A stretch of DNA of 64,000 nucleotides from Takakia lepidozioides. Lineage: Eukaryota > Plantae > Bryophyta. The stretch covers positions 64,046,001 through 64,110,000 of the forward strand of contig CM060733.1 in assembly GCA_030704615.1 (NCBI GenBank). Reading direction: 5' to 3'. Positions 12,895 through 25,114 of this stretch are shown here, piece by piece (the stretch's first letter is position 1; each line of letters begins with the position of its first letter). Made by a program: the position numbers and the translations under genes. The notes beneath the pieces are model-generated. The model searched no databases, had not been told where the DNA came from, and saw only the letters and a list, made by a program, of their open reading frames with translations.

Positions 12895-13850
12895 TGAAGG
12901 CATTTGTCTTCTGGACTTGTTTGGCGGGATCAACACCGGATTGGCTGTTGTGTTACAGGCAGGTGTACCAGTTTGGCGTTACCTGTATGTGGAGAGGGAT
13001 GAGACTGCACGACGCGTTTCACTTCGCCATGTTGCTCAGTTGGTGCAGTGGTACCCTGAGTTGTTGTCGGTGTCTGCAATTCGTGGATATCAGCAGGCCT
13101 TGCCAGCAGACATTTCGTTGCTGGGGGCGCAGGATTTGGAGCGGGTTGGCTCCATTGATCTGGTAGTGGCAGGTTGGCCCTGCCAAGGGCATTCATCAGC
13201 CGGGCATGGCAATGGATTGCGAGACTTGAGGTCGGGTCTGTTTTGGGAGATGGTGCGGGTTTTTGCGCCACTTGCAGCTTCATCAAGCTGTATCTCCAGC
13301 ATACATCTTGGAGAATGTGCCACTGATGGGTGATTCTCGGGCCAGGGTGATGGCCAGTGTGCATCAAATCCGGTCATGGCTTGGGTCAGCAGTGTTGCTA
13401 GATGCAGCTACAGTGGGGTCACGTACTCATCGTCCACGGCTATGGTGGACTAACTTGATGCCACCCGCCACTGCTCAAGCGTGCATTTGATGGGGTGCAG
13501 CGGCCAGCACATCTCACAGTGGATAGCATTCTGGACACAGGAGGCAGTCTCAGCGTGTGAGACACGATGACCGTTCGCCTTTGGCAGTGGTCAACAAGGT
13601 GGGTCAACCACGAGCAGCATTACCTACACTGCTCAGCTTCCCAGGATCGTATGCTTTCCGGGATAGTGGACCTGGCCTCTTGTGGGATGCTCAGTTGCAG
13701 CAGTCAGTGGAGCCTAATGCTGACGAGAGTGAGCGGGCAATGGGTTTTTACACTGGTACCCAACGCGGTGTCGCTCTTTCTGAGGCATCACGTCGTCAAG
13801 TGTTGGGGCAAGCAATGGATCTCAATTGCTTGACCTGGATTATCAGCTTG
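12895..13850 (+). pseudogene. C5-cytosine DNA methyltransferase domain inside the retrotransposon polyprotein
   Basis: Motif I LLDLFGGI, II YVERD, III ADI, IV DLVVAGWPCQGHS, VI ILENV, VIII HRPRLWW, IX ERAMGF and X RQVLGQAM, in canonical order. Frameshifts near 13260 and 13470. Confidence 0.9.
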
Positions 13851-14297
13851 GCTCTGGCTGAGCAACGCAGAGTGCGGAGTACACTTCCCTCGATGGTCTC
13901 TCTGCCTACCGAGACGGTACAGGCAGTGAGTGGGGGCAAGCATGTGAGGACCACGGGGTGCATGCATCCATGGCACACGTGGGAGGTGTTCGAGGTTCAA
14001 AGGGAGTTGACAGCCAAGGCGGCTGTGATGGATGAGGTTGGGGATTCTTCCCGGGTTGAGGAGGTCATCAAAGATGAGATAATGGGGCAGGATGAGGCAG
14101 GCAGGGAGTACTACTCAAGAGGTTGCGGCATAGCAACCATGGGACGCGTCCTCTACCTCTAAGTCTGCTGGACTTAAGATTGCAGTTACGAAGGGCAATT
14201 GGGAGCCTGACATTGGACCTATTGTCACTAGAGGAGAGAGACGACATATACGGCGGTTCCTGAGGCTTACAGGTATTGCTTTGCATCTCGTGCTACG

Positions 14298-15020
14298 ATG
14301 GAGGAGCATGAGAGACATATTCAGGTTGTGCATCGACCGGGTTTGGTCAATCGGGATGTGGATGGATTGAGTTGCAATCCATGCATGAGCCAGCAGGATG
14401 ACACTGGAGCTCGGTGGCATGGTGAGACGGACGAGGAGATGGTGTCGGGATGGCACGCATCTCCATTTTTGTGTATCTTGGCATCGGGAGGTCAGGTTGG
14501 ACCTACTACAGGGATGACTGTAGACGGAGTGTCCGAGGACCCTGAGGGTAGTGATGAGCCAGGTGGAGCCAGAGATATACATGAGGATTTGGCTGTGTTG
14601 GACTACCTCCGCACGGGAGACACGGCAGCCACTGTGACTGCCAGGGAGATGGATCGAATCCTGCAACGAGCCAAGAGGTTCAAGTGGGAGGGGATACATC
14701 TACTTCGAGTGTGGGAGGATGGTCGGGTGAGGATTGTGCCTCACCCCACACAGCGTGCACGGTTAGTGCGGCATGCCCATGAGGAGTTGGGGCATTTTGG
14801 AGTGCGACGCACTCACAGTTTACTGCAGTGGCAGTATTGGTGGCGTGGTATGCATACAGAGGTGCAACAGTTCGTGGCTAGGTGCATGGTGTGTGACAGG
14901 GTGCGTGCTTCATTCAACGCCCCTACACCACAGTTGCATCTTTTACCAATCATGGGATTGGGCTACAGGTGGAGTCTTGACTTCGCAGGACCGTTGCCAC
15001 TGACTATGCGCCACCACAAA
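14298..15020 (+). pseudogene. RNase H C-terminus plus integrase (zinc finger and start of core), truncated
   Basis: VVHRPGLVNRDVDGLS, HEELGHFGVRRT..WWRGM..CMVC and WSLDFAGPLP; similarity stops near 15020. Confidence 0.85.
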
Positions 15021-15299
15021 CTAGTGACACCTCCGTGTTGACACTCAACCGGTCATGAACATGTCCCTAACCCCCTCTCCACAAGGTAACCGGGTAGAGA
15101 ACCTGTTGCGGCTTATGGTTTGGAATACTAAGTTCCTAACATAGCCTACACCTGTACTTGCATGACCATGGGAATATCATGAAGATACTCCTCAAACCGC
15201 CCTCCACGAGCTTCAAAATTCGGCCTTCAAGACCACATGTCAGTCCTTAGGCAGTCCACCAGTGCCTCCACGAGTTAGCACGGGCCGTCCACAGGTCAA

Positions 15300-16650
15300 C
15301 ACGGGCCACCACAGCCCAGCACAGGCCCACACAGATCACTGGTCACAGCCGTCACAGCCCCACACAGGTCACAGGGTCACAGCCCCACAGGCCGCAGCCC
15401 GTCACAGCCCATCACAGCCCAAAGGCCACAGCCTGTCACAGCCCCTCACAGCCCCACAGCCACTGGGCTTAGCCGTCACAGCCCGCCACAGACTGTCACA
15501 ACCCCTCACAGCCCGTCACAGCTCGCCACATCACAGCTCACAGCCCTCCACAGCCTGTCACAGCCCCTCACAGCCCGTCACAGCCCCACAGGCCACTGGG
15601 CAGCCTATCACAAGCCTGTCACAGCCCCACAGCCCGTCACAGCTCCCCACAGCCCGTCACAGCCCCAGGCCACAGGGCACAGCCTGTCACAGCCCCTCAC
15701 AGCCCGTCACAGCCCCACCACTGGGCTTAGCCTATCACAGCCCGCACAGCCTGTCACAGCCCCTCACAGCCGTCACAGCTCGCCATAGCCTGTCACAGCC
15801 CATCACAGCCCCTCACAGCCCCACAGGCCACTGGGCTTAGCCTATCACAGCCCGCCACAACCTGTCACAGCCCCTCACAGCCCATCACAGCTCGCCACAG
15901 CCTGTCAAAGCCCCTCATAGCCTGTCACAGCCCCTCACAACCCGTCACAGCTCGCCACACCCTGTCACAGCCGTCACAGCCCCACAAGCCACATGCCACA
16001 GTCTGTCACAGCCCCACAGGCCACATGGCACAGCCTGTCATAGCCCACACAGCCCGTCATAGCCCCACAGGCCAAAGGGCACATCCTGTCACAGCCCCAT
16101 CATAGCCTGTCAAAGCCCCAGGCCACAGGGCACAGCCTGTCACAGCCCACAGGCCACATGGCACAGCCTGTCACAGCCCGCATAGCCTGACACAGCCCCT
16201 CACAGCCCCTCACAGCCCCAAAGGCCTCGGGCACGGCCTGTCACAGCCCGTCACAGCCCATCACAGCCCCAAAGGCCTCAGGCACGGTCCACAGCCCCTC
16301 ACAACCCATCACAGCCCCAAAGGCCACGGGCACAGCCTATCACAGCCTCTCACAACCCGTCACAGCCCCAAAGGCCAGGGGCGCAGCCCGTCACAGCCCG
16401 TCACAGCCCCAAAGGCCACTGGCGCAGCCGTCACAGCCCCTCACAGCCCATCACAGCCCCAAAAGGCCACCGGCACAGCCCCTCACAGCCCATCACAGCC
16501 CCAAGGCCACGGCGCAGCCCGTCACAGGCCCTCACAGCCCGTCACAGCCCCGAAGGCCACCGGTACAGGCCCTCACAGCCCGTCACAGCCCCAAAGGCCA
16601 CCGGCGCAGCCCGGCACAGCCCCCAAGGCCACCGGGCGCCCGGCACAGCC
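15300..16650 (+). repeat. TCACAGCCC-based minisatellite array
   Basis: Dense array of (g/c)TCACAGCC(c/t) variants with higher-order units. Confidence 0.95.
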
Positions 16651-18505
16651 CCATCCATGGCCGCTCTGGCAGTTTAGCCATTTCTCCAAGGGGTTTAGCC
16701 ACGCCAAGCTAGGGTTTGTGTCTCTTGGACTCTAGGCTTCTTTCCACCGAGCTATGGCGGCTGTGAGGAAATCAGCAAGGTATTCTTGCTCTTTTGGCTC
16801 CCACACACACCATAGTAGCCCTAAGCCATGAGGTGGTTGCCACAAACCAAGCCTTCTTTCTCACTTAGCCTCCCCAAACACGCCACTAAACTCAATGGCA
16901 AACAACCAAGCCCTGCTGGTTCCCAGCCCTTGTGAGCACTCATTCAAGCACTCTCCTTGGCCATAGCATCTGTCTTAGAGCCTATTCCAGCCCCCTACAC
17001 CTGCTGCTTCAAGAGTTGCGCTCCCTTCAAGCTTGAAGTTGAAACCCCAAACTCACATAGGCCCTACAAGTGCTTTTCTTTCACTCCAAGTGGAAACCAG
17101 CCCTAGACCTTCCGTTCTAGCTCTCTAAAGCTTGAAAACAAGAGCCTCAATGGGCTGAAGGCATGCTCCACACAAGCTCCACTCTCACCATAAGAGAATC
17201 AGCTTCTTTGCTTCATTTCTTGCACCCACAAACCTGAAATACAAGCTTCAGCAGGCTGAAAGCATGCTCCACATGCCCTACAGGGAAACCGGCTTCCTTC
17301 CTTTCTTGCACTCCCACACCTGAAATTGCAAGCCTTCACCAGGCTGATAGCATGCTCCACACATGCATTGCCCTCACATAAGGGAAGTCAGCCGTTCCCT
17401 CTTCCTTGCTTGCCCTCCAAGCTTGAAGATGGAAGCTTCAATGAGCTGAATACATGCTCCACACATGCAACCTCTTCACACAAGAGATATCAGCCCCCTA
17501 TCTTGGCTCCTTGGCTCCTTGATGCTCTCTAAGACAAGACTAAGCACTCCACAGCCCTTGCCAAGCTCCTGAAATCCTAAGGCTTACATTTCCAGCCACA
17601 AGACACTCCTCTTGTGGTGCAAGAACTTTCTTCCAAGCTCTGAAACCCTAGGTGCACATTCCATGGCCTTGCCGCACCTCTTAGCTCCTGTTCCAGCCCT
17701 GCTCTTGCCATGACAAGAGCCCTCTCAATGCTGAAGCTCGAGATTGAAACCCACTCTCAACATACTCCACAAAGTGCACTGATTTGCCCCAAGCCAAATC
17801 AGCCCTGCTTGGTCTTGCAATCCTTCACACAATGAAAGCTCGCATTCCCAAGTCTAGTTCTCAACTTTGCCACCAAAGCCACTATAACCTACTCTTGACT
17901 GGTCCTCTTCCCAATCGTGCTTGCTCATGCATGTACACAATCTGAAACCATCAAGGTGCTCTGGAATTACCTGCAGTATGGTGCTTTCATCTCTGAAGCT
18001 GAAGATCCGAATGCCAAGGTTTACCACCGTCGTAACCCACATCGCCTCCGCTTCTAACAACCAAGAGCTCCACGGTGCTCCTTGCATAACAACCTGGTTT
18101 CTCTCATTCTCAAGCAAAAACCACAAGTGCTACAACTAACTCGTATCTGGCACTCATAGATACGAGCTGATCTTTCTCGAGTGATAAAGAAGAAGAATAC
18201 AAGCACAAGCTCATGCGAGCTCACAAAGCTGAAGTATAAACTCATGCATATATAACCTCATCACTCAAATACAAGTCAAGCCAAGTGCACCCCACGCCAT
18301 GGGGAATCCACACTACGGCGCCGTAGTAGGCGCGGGAGGCTCAACTCGAGAAAGATGAGCCTCCGCGCTTGCCGTGAAGATAACCACTCCAGGGCCTAAA
18401 TCTGCCTTGAACCCTGGATTGACACTTGGGCCAATCCCAAATGTCAATATGTAAAAGCTAGCTATTTCCTAGCTAGTTTCACACTAGTGGTAAAATAACT
18501 TGACA
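16650..18505 (+). mobile_element. 3' region/LTR of a retrotransposon family (nested copy)
   Basis: Ends TGACA. Inverted homology to 18510-19690 and to 9366-9957. Confidence 0.7.
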
Positions 18506-18509
18506 AGAG

Positions 18510-19997
18510 GACCAGTCAAGAGCAGGTTATAGTGGCTTTGGTGGCAAAGCTGAGAATTGGACTTGGGAATGCGAGCTTTCATTGTGTAAAAGATTGCAAG
18601 ACCAAGCGAAAGGGCTGATTTGGCTTGGGGCAAATCAGTGCACTTTGTGGAGTATGTTGAGATTGGGTTTCAATCTCGAGCTTGAGCATCGAAAGGGCTC
18701 TTGTCATGGCAAGAACAGGGCTAGAACAGGAGCTAAGAGGTGCGGCAAAGCAATGGAATGTGCACCTAGGATTTCAGAGCTTGGAAGAAGAGCTCTTGCA
18801 CCACAAGAGGAGTGTCGTGTGGCTGGAAATGTAAGCCTTAGGGTTTCAGGAGCTTGGCAAAGGCTGTGGAGTGCTTAGTTTTGTCTTAGAGAGCATCAAG
18901 GAGCCAAGGAGCCAAGATAGGGGGCTGATATTACCTCTTGTGTGAAGATGATGCATGTGTGGAGCATGCATGCAGCCCATTGAAGCTTCCATCTTCAAGC
19001 TTGGAGGGCAAGCAAGGAAGAGGGAAGGGCTGACTTCTCTTATGTGAGGGCAACGCATGTGTGGAGCATGCTTTCAGCCCGTTGAAGGCTTGCATTTTTC
19101 AGGTTTGGGAATGCAAGAAATGAAGGAAGGAGTTGATTTCCCTGTAGGGCATGTGTGGAGCATGCATTCAGCCTAGTTAGGCCTCTATTTTTAAGCTTTG
19201 GAGAGCTAGAAGAGAAGGTAAAGGGCTGATCTGCTCTTATGTGACAGTCCGACACTTGTAGAGCGTGTTCTGAGTTGGGTTTCAACTACAAAGCCTAGAT
19301 AGAGCATGGCTCTTGAAGTGGCAGGTGTAGGGGGCTGGAATAGGCTCTAAGACACATTCTATGGCCAAGGAGAGTGCATGAATAAGTGCCTACAAGGGCT
19401 GGAAGTCAGCCATGTTTCGTTAGTCGCCATAGGGATCAATGGCGCTGTTTTGTGAGTTAAAAGGAAGCTTGTGCACTTAGTTTCGGTTGCAAACATCTTC
19501 CTTTGGAATTAGAGCTACTATTGGTGGTGTGTGGGGGCTACAAAGAGCAAGAATATCTTGCTGATTTCCTCACAGCCGCCATAGCTCGGTGCAAAGAAGC
19601 CTAGAGTCCAAGAGACACAAACCCTAGCTTGGCGTGGCTAAACCCCTTGGAGAAATGGCTAAACTGTCATGAGTGGCCATGGATGGGGCTGTGACGGGCT
19701 GTGGTGGGCTGTGACAGGCTATGGCCTGTGGCCTGTGGGGCTGTGAGGGGCAGTGACAGGCAGTGACAGGCTGTGGCCTTTGGGGCTGTGACCCCTGTGA
19801 CCTGTGTAAGGCTGTGATAGGCTGTGCCTGTGGCCTTTGGGGCTGTGACCGGCTGTGACCTGTGGCCTGTGGGGCTGTGACGGACTGTGATAGGCTGTGC
19901 CTATGGCCTTTGGGGGCTGTGACAGGCTGTGACCTGTGGCCTGTGGGGCTGTGAGGGGCTGTGACATGTGGCCTTTGGGGCCGTGAGGGGTTGTGAC
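18510..19997 (-). mobile_element. Host retrotransposon copy, right part, ending in a CTGTGA array cut by a hAT end
   Basis: Reverse complement of about 16650-17905, then GGGCTGTGA repeats at 19685-19997. Confidence 0.75.
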
Positions 19998-20210
19998 CAG
20001 TGTTGTGGCGGTTCTTGCCAGGAACCGCCGGTTCCGGTTCCTTGATAGATTTAAAGAGGCGGTTCCAGTTCCGGATCCGATTCTTTTTTATGAAGCGGTT
20101 CCGTTCCGGTTTCGGTTCCAAAATTCATGAGCAGATGCCGGTTCCGGTTTTGAGTATTTTTTGGGAAGGATCTGCCGGTTCCAGTTTCCGGTTCCGGTTC
20201 TGTATTTTTT
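19998..20210. mobile_element. hAT terminal inverted repeat and subterminal GGTTCC repeats
   Basis: CAGTGTTGTGGCGG followed by many CCGGTT/GGTTCC motifs, just downstream of the hAT transposase. Confidence 0.65.
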
Positions 20211-20406
20211 GAAATATATATATATATATATATATATATCATTTTTTTATAAAATCTGAAAATAATTTATGAATCCCCATTAGTCATATCAAATATTTTG
20301 ACCATGTTGAAAAGAAACAACACAACATTCATAAACAAATTTATGAAATAATAATCAATGTGTGTAGAGTAGTGTACTATAGAGTACACAAAGAAATCAT
20401 TCTATC

Positions 20407-22626
20407 TCAAACAACTCGGCCTCTGCAATCAACTCCTAAGAGGACTTCCTCACTGTTCAAAAATTCGCTCATGGAAGAGCTCATGCAACCAACACGAGCA
20501 TCATTCGTCCAATTCTTGACAATGCTCACAAGCATATCAAGGTTCAGAACACCTAACTTGCAACGTCGCAAGTTTGTAATAACACCTGCAATGCTAAAAA
20601 CCCTCTCACATTCAATCTGAGACCCAACAATGCCCAATAGGAGACGTGCCAAATACCCCACAAATGGAAATACAGATTCGTGCTCTTTCCACCATTTCAA
20701 AGGAGCACTGCACTCAGTGTCAGTGACTTTTTGCCTTCGGAAATGCGCAATCACAACCATCAATGCCATATCCTCACATGGCTCCTCCAAACCAAACAAT
20801 GACATGTCATCCTGAGTGGAATCTGGCTCCGACTGGGTCGTAGTATCCGGGTGAAGGATCTTGAAACATTTGACCAAAAGAGGCTCCAACACCAAGGTGT
20901 CATATTGCCGAACAATGATATGTCATTGTTCTCTGCCCACATATTGTGTCACCAAGGACCATGCCTTGAAACGCGGATCAAGCATCAGCGCCAACATATT
21001 GTGGGCATTCAATGGTTGAACTCCTTCCAAAAATGAGAGAAATGGCCCCAATACATGGACCACCTCCTGAGCCATCCGCCATTCTAACAATTGCAACTCT
21101 GCATCAAAATCGCCAATGCAATAATCCACTGTACCCAACCTTCGAACACTCTCTGCTCGCATGCGTACACAAGTTGTAATTGCTGCAACAAGAGCATCAG
21201 ACAACAACCAGTATCCGCCTGACTGGTTCATAACACACTCATGAACCACAGGTCCAAGAACCGTGGAAATAGACTTTGCAATTGCCCACACTTTTGGGCT
21301 TGGTATGCGAGATTGCAAAGATAGTGAAGCCTGCCTAGAATAACAAGTAATGATGGCTTGCCGAAATTCCAAAGTTTCTTGAAAGATGATCACTTTGGAA
21401 GCAAACCTGGTTTTCACTGGAGTCTTCAGCTTGCGAGAATGAATGTCACTATCAACACATGCTGCACTCCATTCTTGCCTTCCTTTTCCACTCTCTTGGT
21501 CCAAGTGATGGTCTTCTGCAACTGATTGAGCATCCTTTATAGACACAACCCTCATATCCATGCACACCTTTGCATCAGTCGTGGCATACTGACAACATTT
21601 GGACATTGCATGTCCAAAGCAACTTCCCACAAATGGTGCAGACAGTTCCAATGGGGCACAAGACACGACTGCATTCAAAGTTGCAGTCAAAGTACCCAAA
21701 TTACCTCCTTCATCTTTGACATAAGCTATGATGCGCGAATTCAAACCATACTTTGTCAAAAGGTCATTCACTTGTCGTGCCATGGCTGCCCCCGATGTAT
21801 CAGGTGCCTCAAACATTCCCAATGTCACATGGCATGGTTCCCATTGCTCATTAAGAAAGTGCGCTATGATGACAAAAGTATCTGTTCCTCCTCTTGACAT
21901 CCACAAATCAAAACTGACAATACAAGTTACACAACTAGATATCAATGGGGACATGTACAAGTCTTGTGTTTTTGCTACCAGTGATGGGAGCGTCTCATTC
22001 ACAAGTGTGCGTCGAGAGGGGAAAACTAGACGATCATTTTGTCTCCCCACTACCTTTCGTAGCCATGGAGATTCGACCAAAGACAATGGCAACAACTCTT
22101 TTGCAATGAACAGGACCAAATCCTCGTTGAACCTTTTATGTTGTTCATCATCTTTCTTGTATGGAGTTCGACTGCCAAAGAAAGAAGATATGTTCCATGG
22201 GGTAAGGCCAAGCCTCTTCTTCGCAGGTCTACGAGCATCCGGCCCAATTTTGTCCATTTCAATCCACTTACTTACCAAAGCCCCATGTTTTTGATTCACA
22301 TGCTTGTGAAAAACAGAGTTTTTATGGTCTTTGTTGTAAGTCATACATCCTGGCATCTTTTCAAACACAGGAGCAGGATGACAAAACACACACCTCATAT
22401 ACTGCGGGTGTATTGCATCTACTGGACCCGCGTTTGCAACTGCATAAAATGCCCATGATGAAGCAGTGCGATTGTAAGGTTTCCAAAAATCACGTTGTTT
22501 GCTTAGGATGGAAAACTGCTCTTCCTCGGACATTGAGTTGCTTGAATACTGTGATATTTTGGAAGACCCACGACCGCTGAAGTGAGGGAAATTGATGAAG
22601 AAGACGATGCACATAGCGTAGGGCAA
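20407..22626 (-). pseudogene. hAT transposase (BED-like finger, DDE core, dimerisation domain)
   Basis: CVFC..HKHVNQKH, FPSRRTL, SFDLW, KTRF, LDPRFK and PLKWWK..LARLLL..SQIECERVFS; frameshifts near 21500 and 20920. Confidence 0.9.
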
Positions 22627-23048
22627 GCTTCCATAGCTCCCGCATTGTTGACATTGGTGTCATGAACAACACCTCTCTCCAGTTCTTCAAAGATATTGGG
22701 CTCCATATGATGCAAATGGCTGGATACACTCCCTGAATCAAATTATTCCCAATCCAAACTCTTGGGTGGCACAAGCACTCATACATTCAAAGTAGAACAC
22801 ATATATAAAAATGTAAAATAGGTCATTTCAGTCATTCAGCCCCTTTAGACACCATGATAGATCCTCAAATGTGGAAATTCAGTTCTCAGGTGTCATGAGT
22901 GGCAATCAAATGCACACTAGGTAGACCTCTTTCAGATTTCCTAATGCTATCATAAGCCATTGGCAACAGTAGACCAGCCAAGAGAGCATGTACATTGACC
23001 ATTTTCAGATCTCATAATGCTAACACAAGGCACTGGCTACAGTAAGAA

Positions 23049-23050
<2 letters not shown>

Positions 23051-23081
<31 letters not shown>
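23051..23081. repeat. (GA)n microsatellite
   Basis: Direct observation. Confidence 0.95.
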
Positions 23082-23087
<6 letters not shown>

Positions 23088-23169
23088 CTAAAGGCCCTAG
23101 CAGAAGCTTCTCGGCTGCACAATTTTGCCATGAAAGGACCAAAAAAAAAAGGAGGGTAACCTCCACGGA

Positions 23170-24030
23170 GGTTGTGAAAAAAAAATCAGATGGTCATCAT
23201 GAATGCTTATATAGGGTTTGTTTGTGAAGAAGAGATGAAAAGAAAAGTTAAGCTCTATCATTGTCAAACTTGTTCTATTATTGAAGAAGAGGTGAAAAAA
23301 GAAATCAGATGGTCATTATGAATGTTTATTTAGGGTTTGTTTGTGAAGAATAAATTGAGCTCTCATTCTCAAACTTGTTAAGGTTTCTGTTATTGAAGAA
23401 GAGGTGAAAAAAATATTAGATGGTCATCATGAATGCTTATTTAGGGTTTGTTTGTGAAGAAGAGGTGAAGAAAAAAGTTGAGCTCTATCATTATCAAACT
23501 TCTTCAGGTTTCTGTTATTGAAGAAGAGGTGAAAAAAAAACCAGGTAGTCATCATGAATGCTTATTTAGGGAATAAATTAGGGATTGTTTGTGAAGAAGA
23601 GATGAAAAAAAAACTTGAGCTCTACCATTGTCAAACTTCTTCAGGTTTCTGTTATTGAAGAAGAGGTGAAAAAAAAACCAGATGGTCATCATGAATGCTT
23701 ATTTAGGGTTTGTTTGTGAAGAAGAGGTGAAAAAAATTGAGCTCTATCATTGTCAATCTTGTTCAGGTTTCTGTTGATGAAAAAGAGGTGAATAAAAAAT
23801 CAGATGTCATCATGAATAAATTAGGGTTTGTTTGTGAAGAAGAGGTGAAAAAAAAAACATATGGTCATCATGAATGCTTATTTAGGGTTTGTTTGTATAG
23901 AGGACGTGGAAAACAAATGAGCTGCCATTTTGAAACTTGTTCAGGTGCCTGTTATTCAAGAAGTGGAAAAAAAACAGATGGTCATCATGAAGCTCATTTA
24001 CGCAATGCTTCTGTAGAGGCCGTGAAAAAA
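23170..24030. repeat. Degenerate tandem repeat (about 120-bp unit) upstream of the hAT transposase
   Basis: Recurring GAAGAAGAGGTGAAAAAA, GATGGTCATCATGAATGCTTATTTAGGGTTTG and GAGCTCTATCATTGTCAAAC blocks. Confidence 0.85.
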
Positions 24031-25114
24031 TAAAATGAGCTTTCATACTGACACTTGTCCATGTTTGGCAGGCCCTCGAACAAAAAAAAAGATTTATTTT
24101 ATTTATTTTTATTTTATTTTTTGGTTTTGGCCCGGGGCAATATTGGGGGTGGGGGTAGAAGTGGTGTGCGTTGACGCACTCAATTTGAGGCTCGTTAACC
24201 AAACCCGATGAAAAAATAAACTACATTTCATAACGAGACATCGCCTGCTTGTCCAGATTTAAGAACTGTGTATACATGTTCTACAAACAAGACAACCCTT
24301 TCCGACATTGCGAAAAATCGCAACATATGCAACACTACTCAATATTGCCAATGTCTCGCTGCAAAAGTGTCCGTACCTCACCAAGACCTAGTGTCGCCTG
24401 GTGAATGACGGAAAATTTCCCACCGTCACCTGATAGGCCCTGTCGTGTAAAACAGACCCAGATGTGAAGTATAAACCTGTCCATACCCAGGTGAAGGTAC
24501 TTCCATAGTTTATGTTACCCGAGCTTGAAGTAGTCTGGCCGATTCCACCTTCGCATCGTGATCAGGCCCCGAAGCCACCTGATGCACTGTTTTGCCATTC
24601 CTTCTTGTGGGATGCGAAGTATCGTCTGGAGGAGGCACCATAGCAGCAAGACCACCAAGAGTCGACGCCACAGATCGGGTGCAGACGAAAGCCGGCATCC
24701 TCCAACTTGCCCATCTCCAGTTCGTCACTGATCATCCTGAAATCACGATCATGAAAAAATTGAGTGTGTTGACGCACTCAGTTCTCGGGGGGGGGTTGGG
24801 TTTCCCCCAAAACCCGCCGGGTACCCGGGATGAAAATCCGGACCCGCACCTGTCGTCGATGATCATCCTGAAATCATGACCATGAAGAAATTGAGTGCGT
24901 TGACGCACTCAGTTCTCCCGGGGGGGGGGGGAGGAGAGGGAACCAAAAAAGATTTTATTTTTATTTATTTTTATTTTTTATCATACAATCTGTCACGATG
25001 AGATGTCGCCGGGAGCTGGCAAGCTACTTGAAAGCCTCGGGGATGCGGATTATCAAGACCTGGAACTGTGTCAACAGCCTATATCTGACGAAGGGGGATT
25101 GCCCAGGGTAGAAG

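Larger units (their letters stand above)
9958..18505 (+). mobile_element. Nested composite Ty3/gypsy insertion carrying a C5 DNA methyltransferase
   Basis: TGTCA...TGACA termini; 4-bp duplication AGAG at 9954-9957 and 18506-18509; host sequence resumes in register. Internal order is gag, protease, DNMT, RNase H end, integrase. Confidence 0.8.

Noticed and set aside
12895-13850. Bacterial contamination or a host MET1/CMT/DRM gene as the source of the DNMT
   Set aside because: It is in frame with retroelement protease, lies inside a TSD-flanked insertion, lacks BAH/chromo/UBA domains and has non-permuted motif order.
15262-15840. 192-aa Ser/Pro/His-rich ORF (also 19624-20121 and 55154-55567)
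   Set aside because: Translation of the TCACAGCCC minisatellite.
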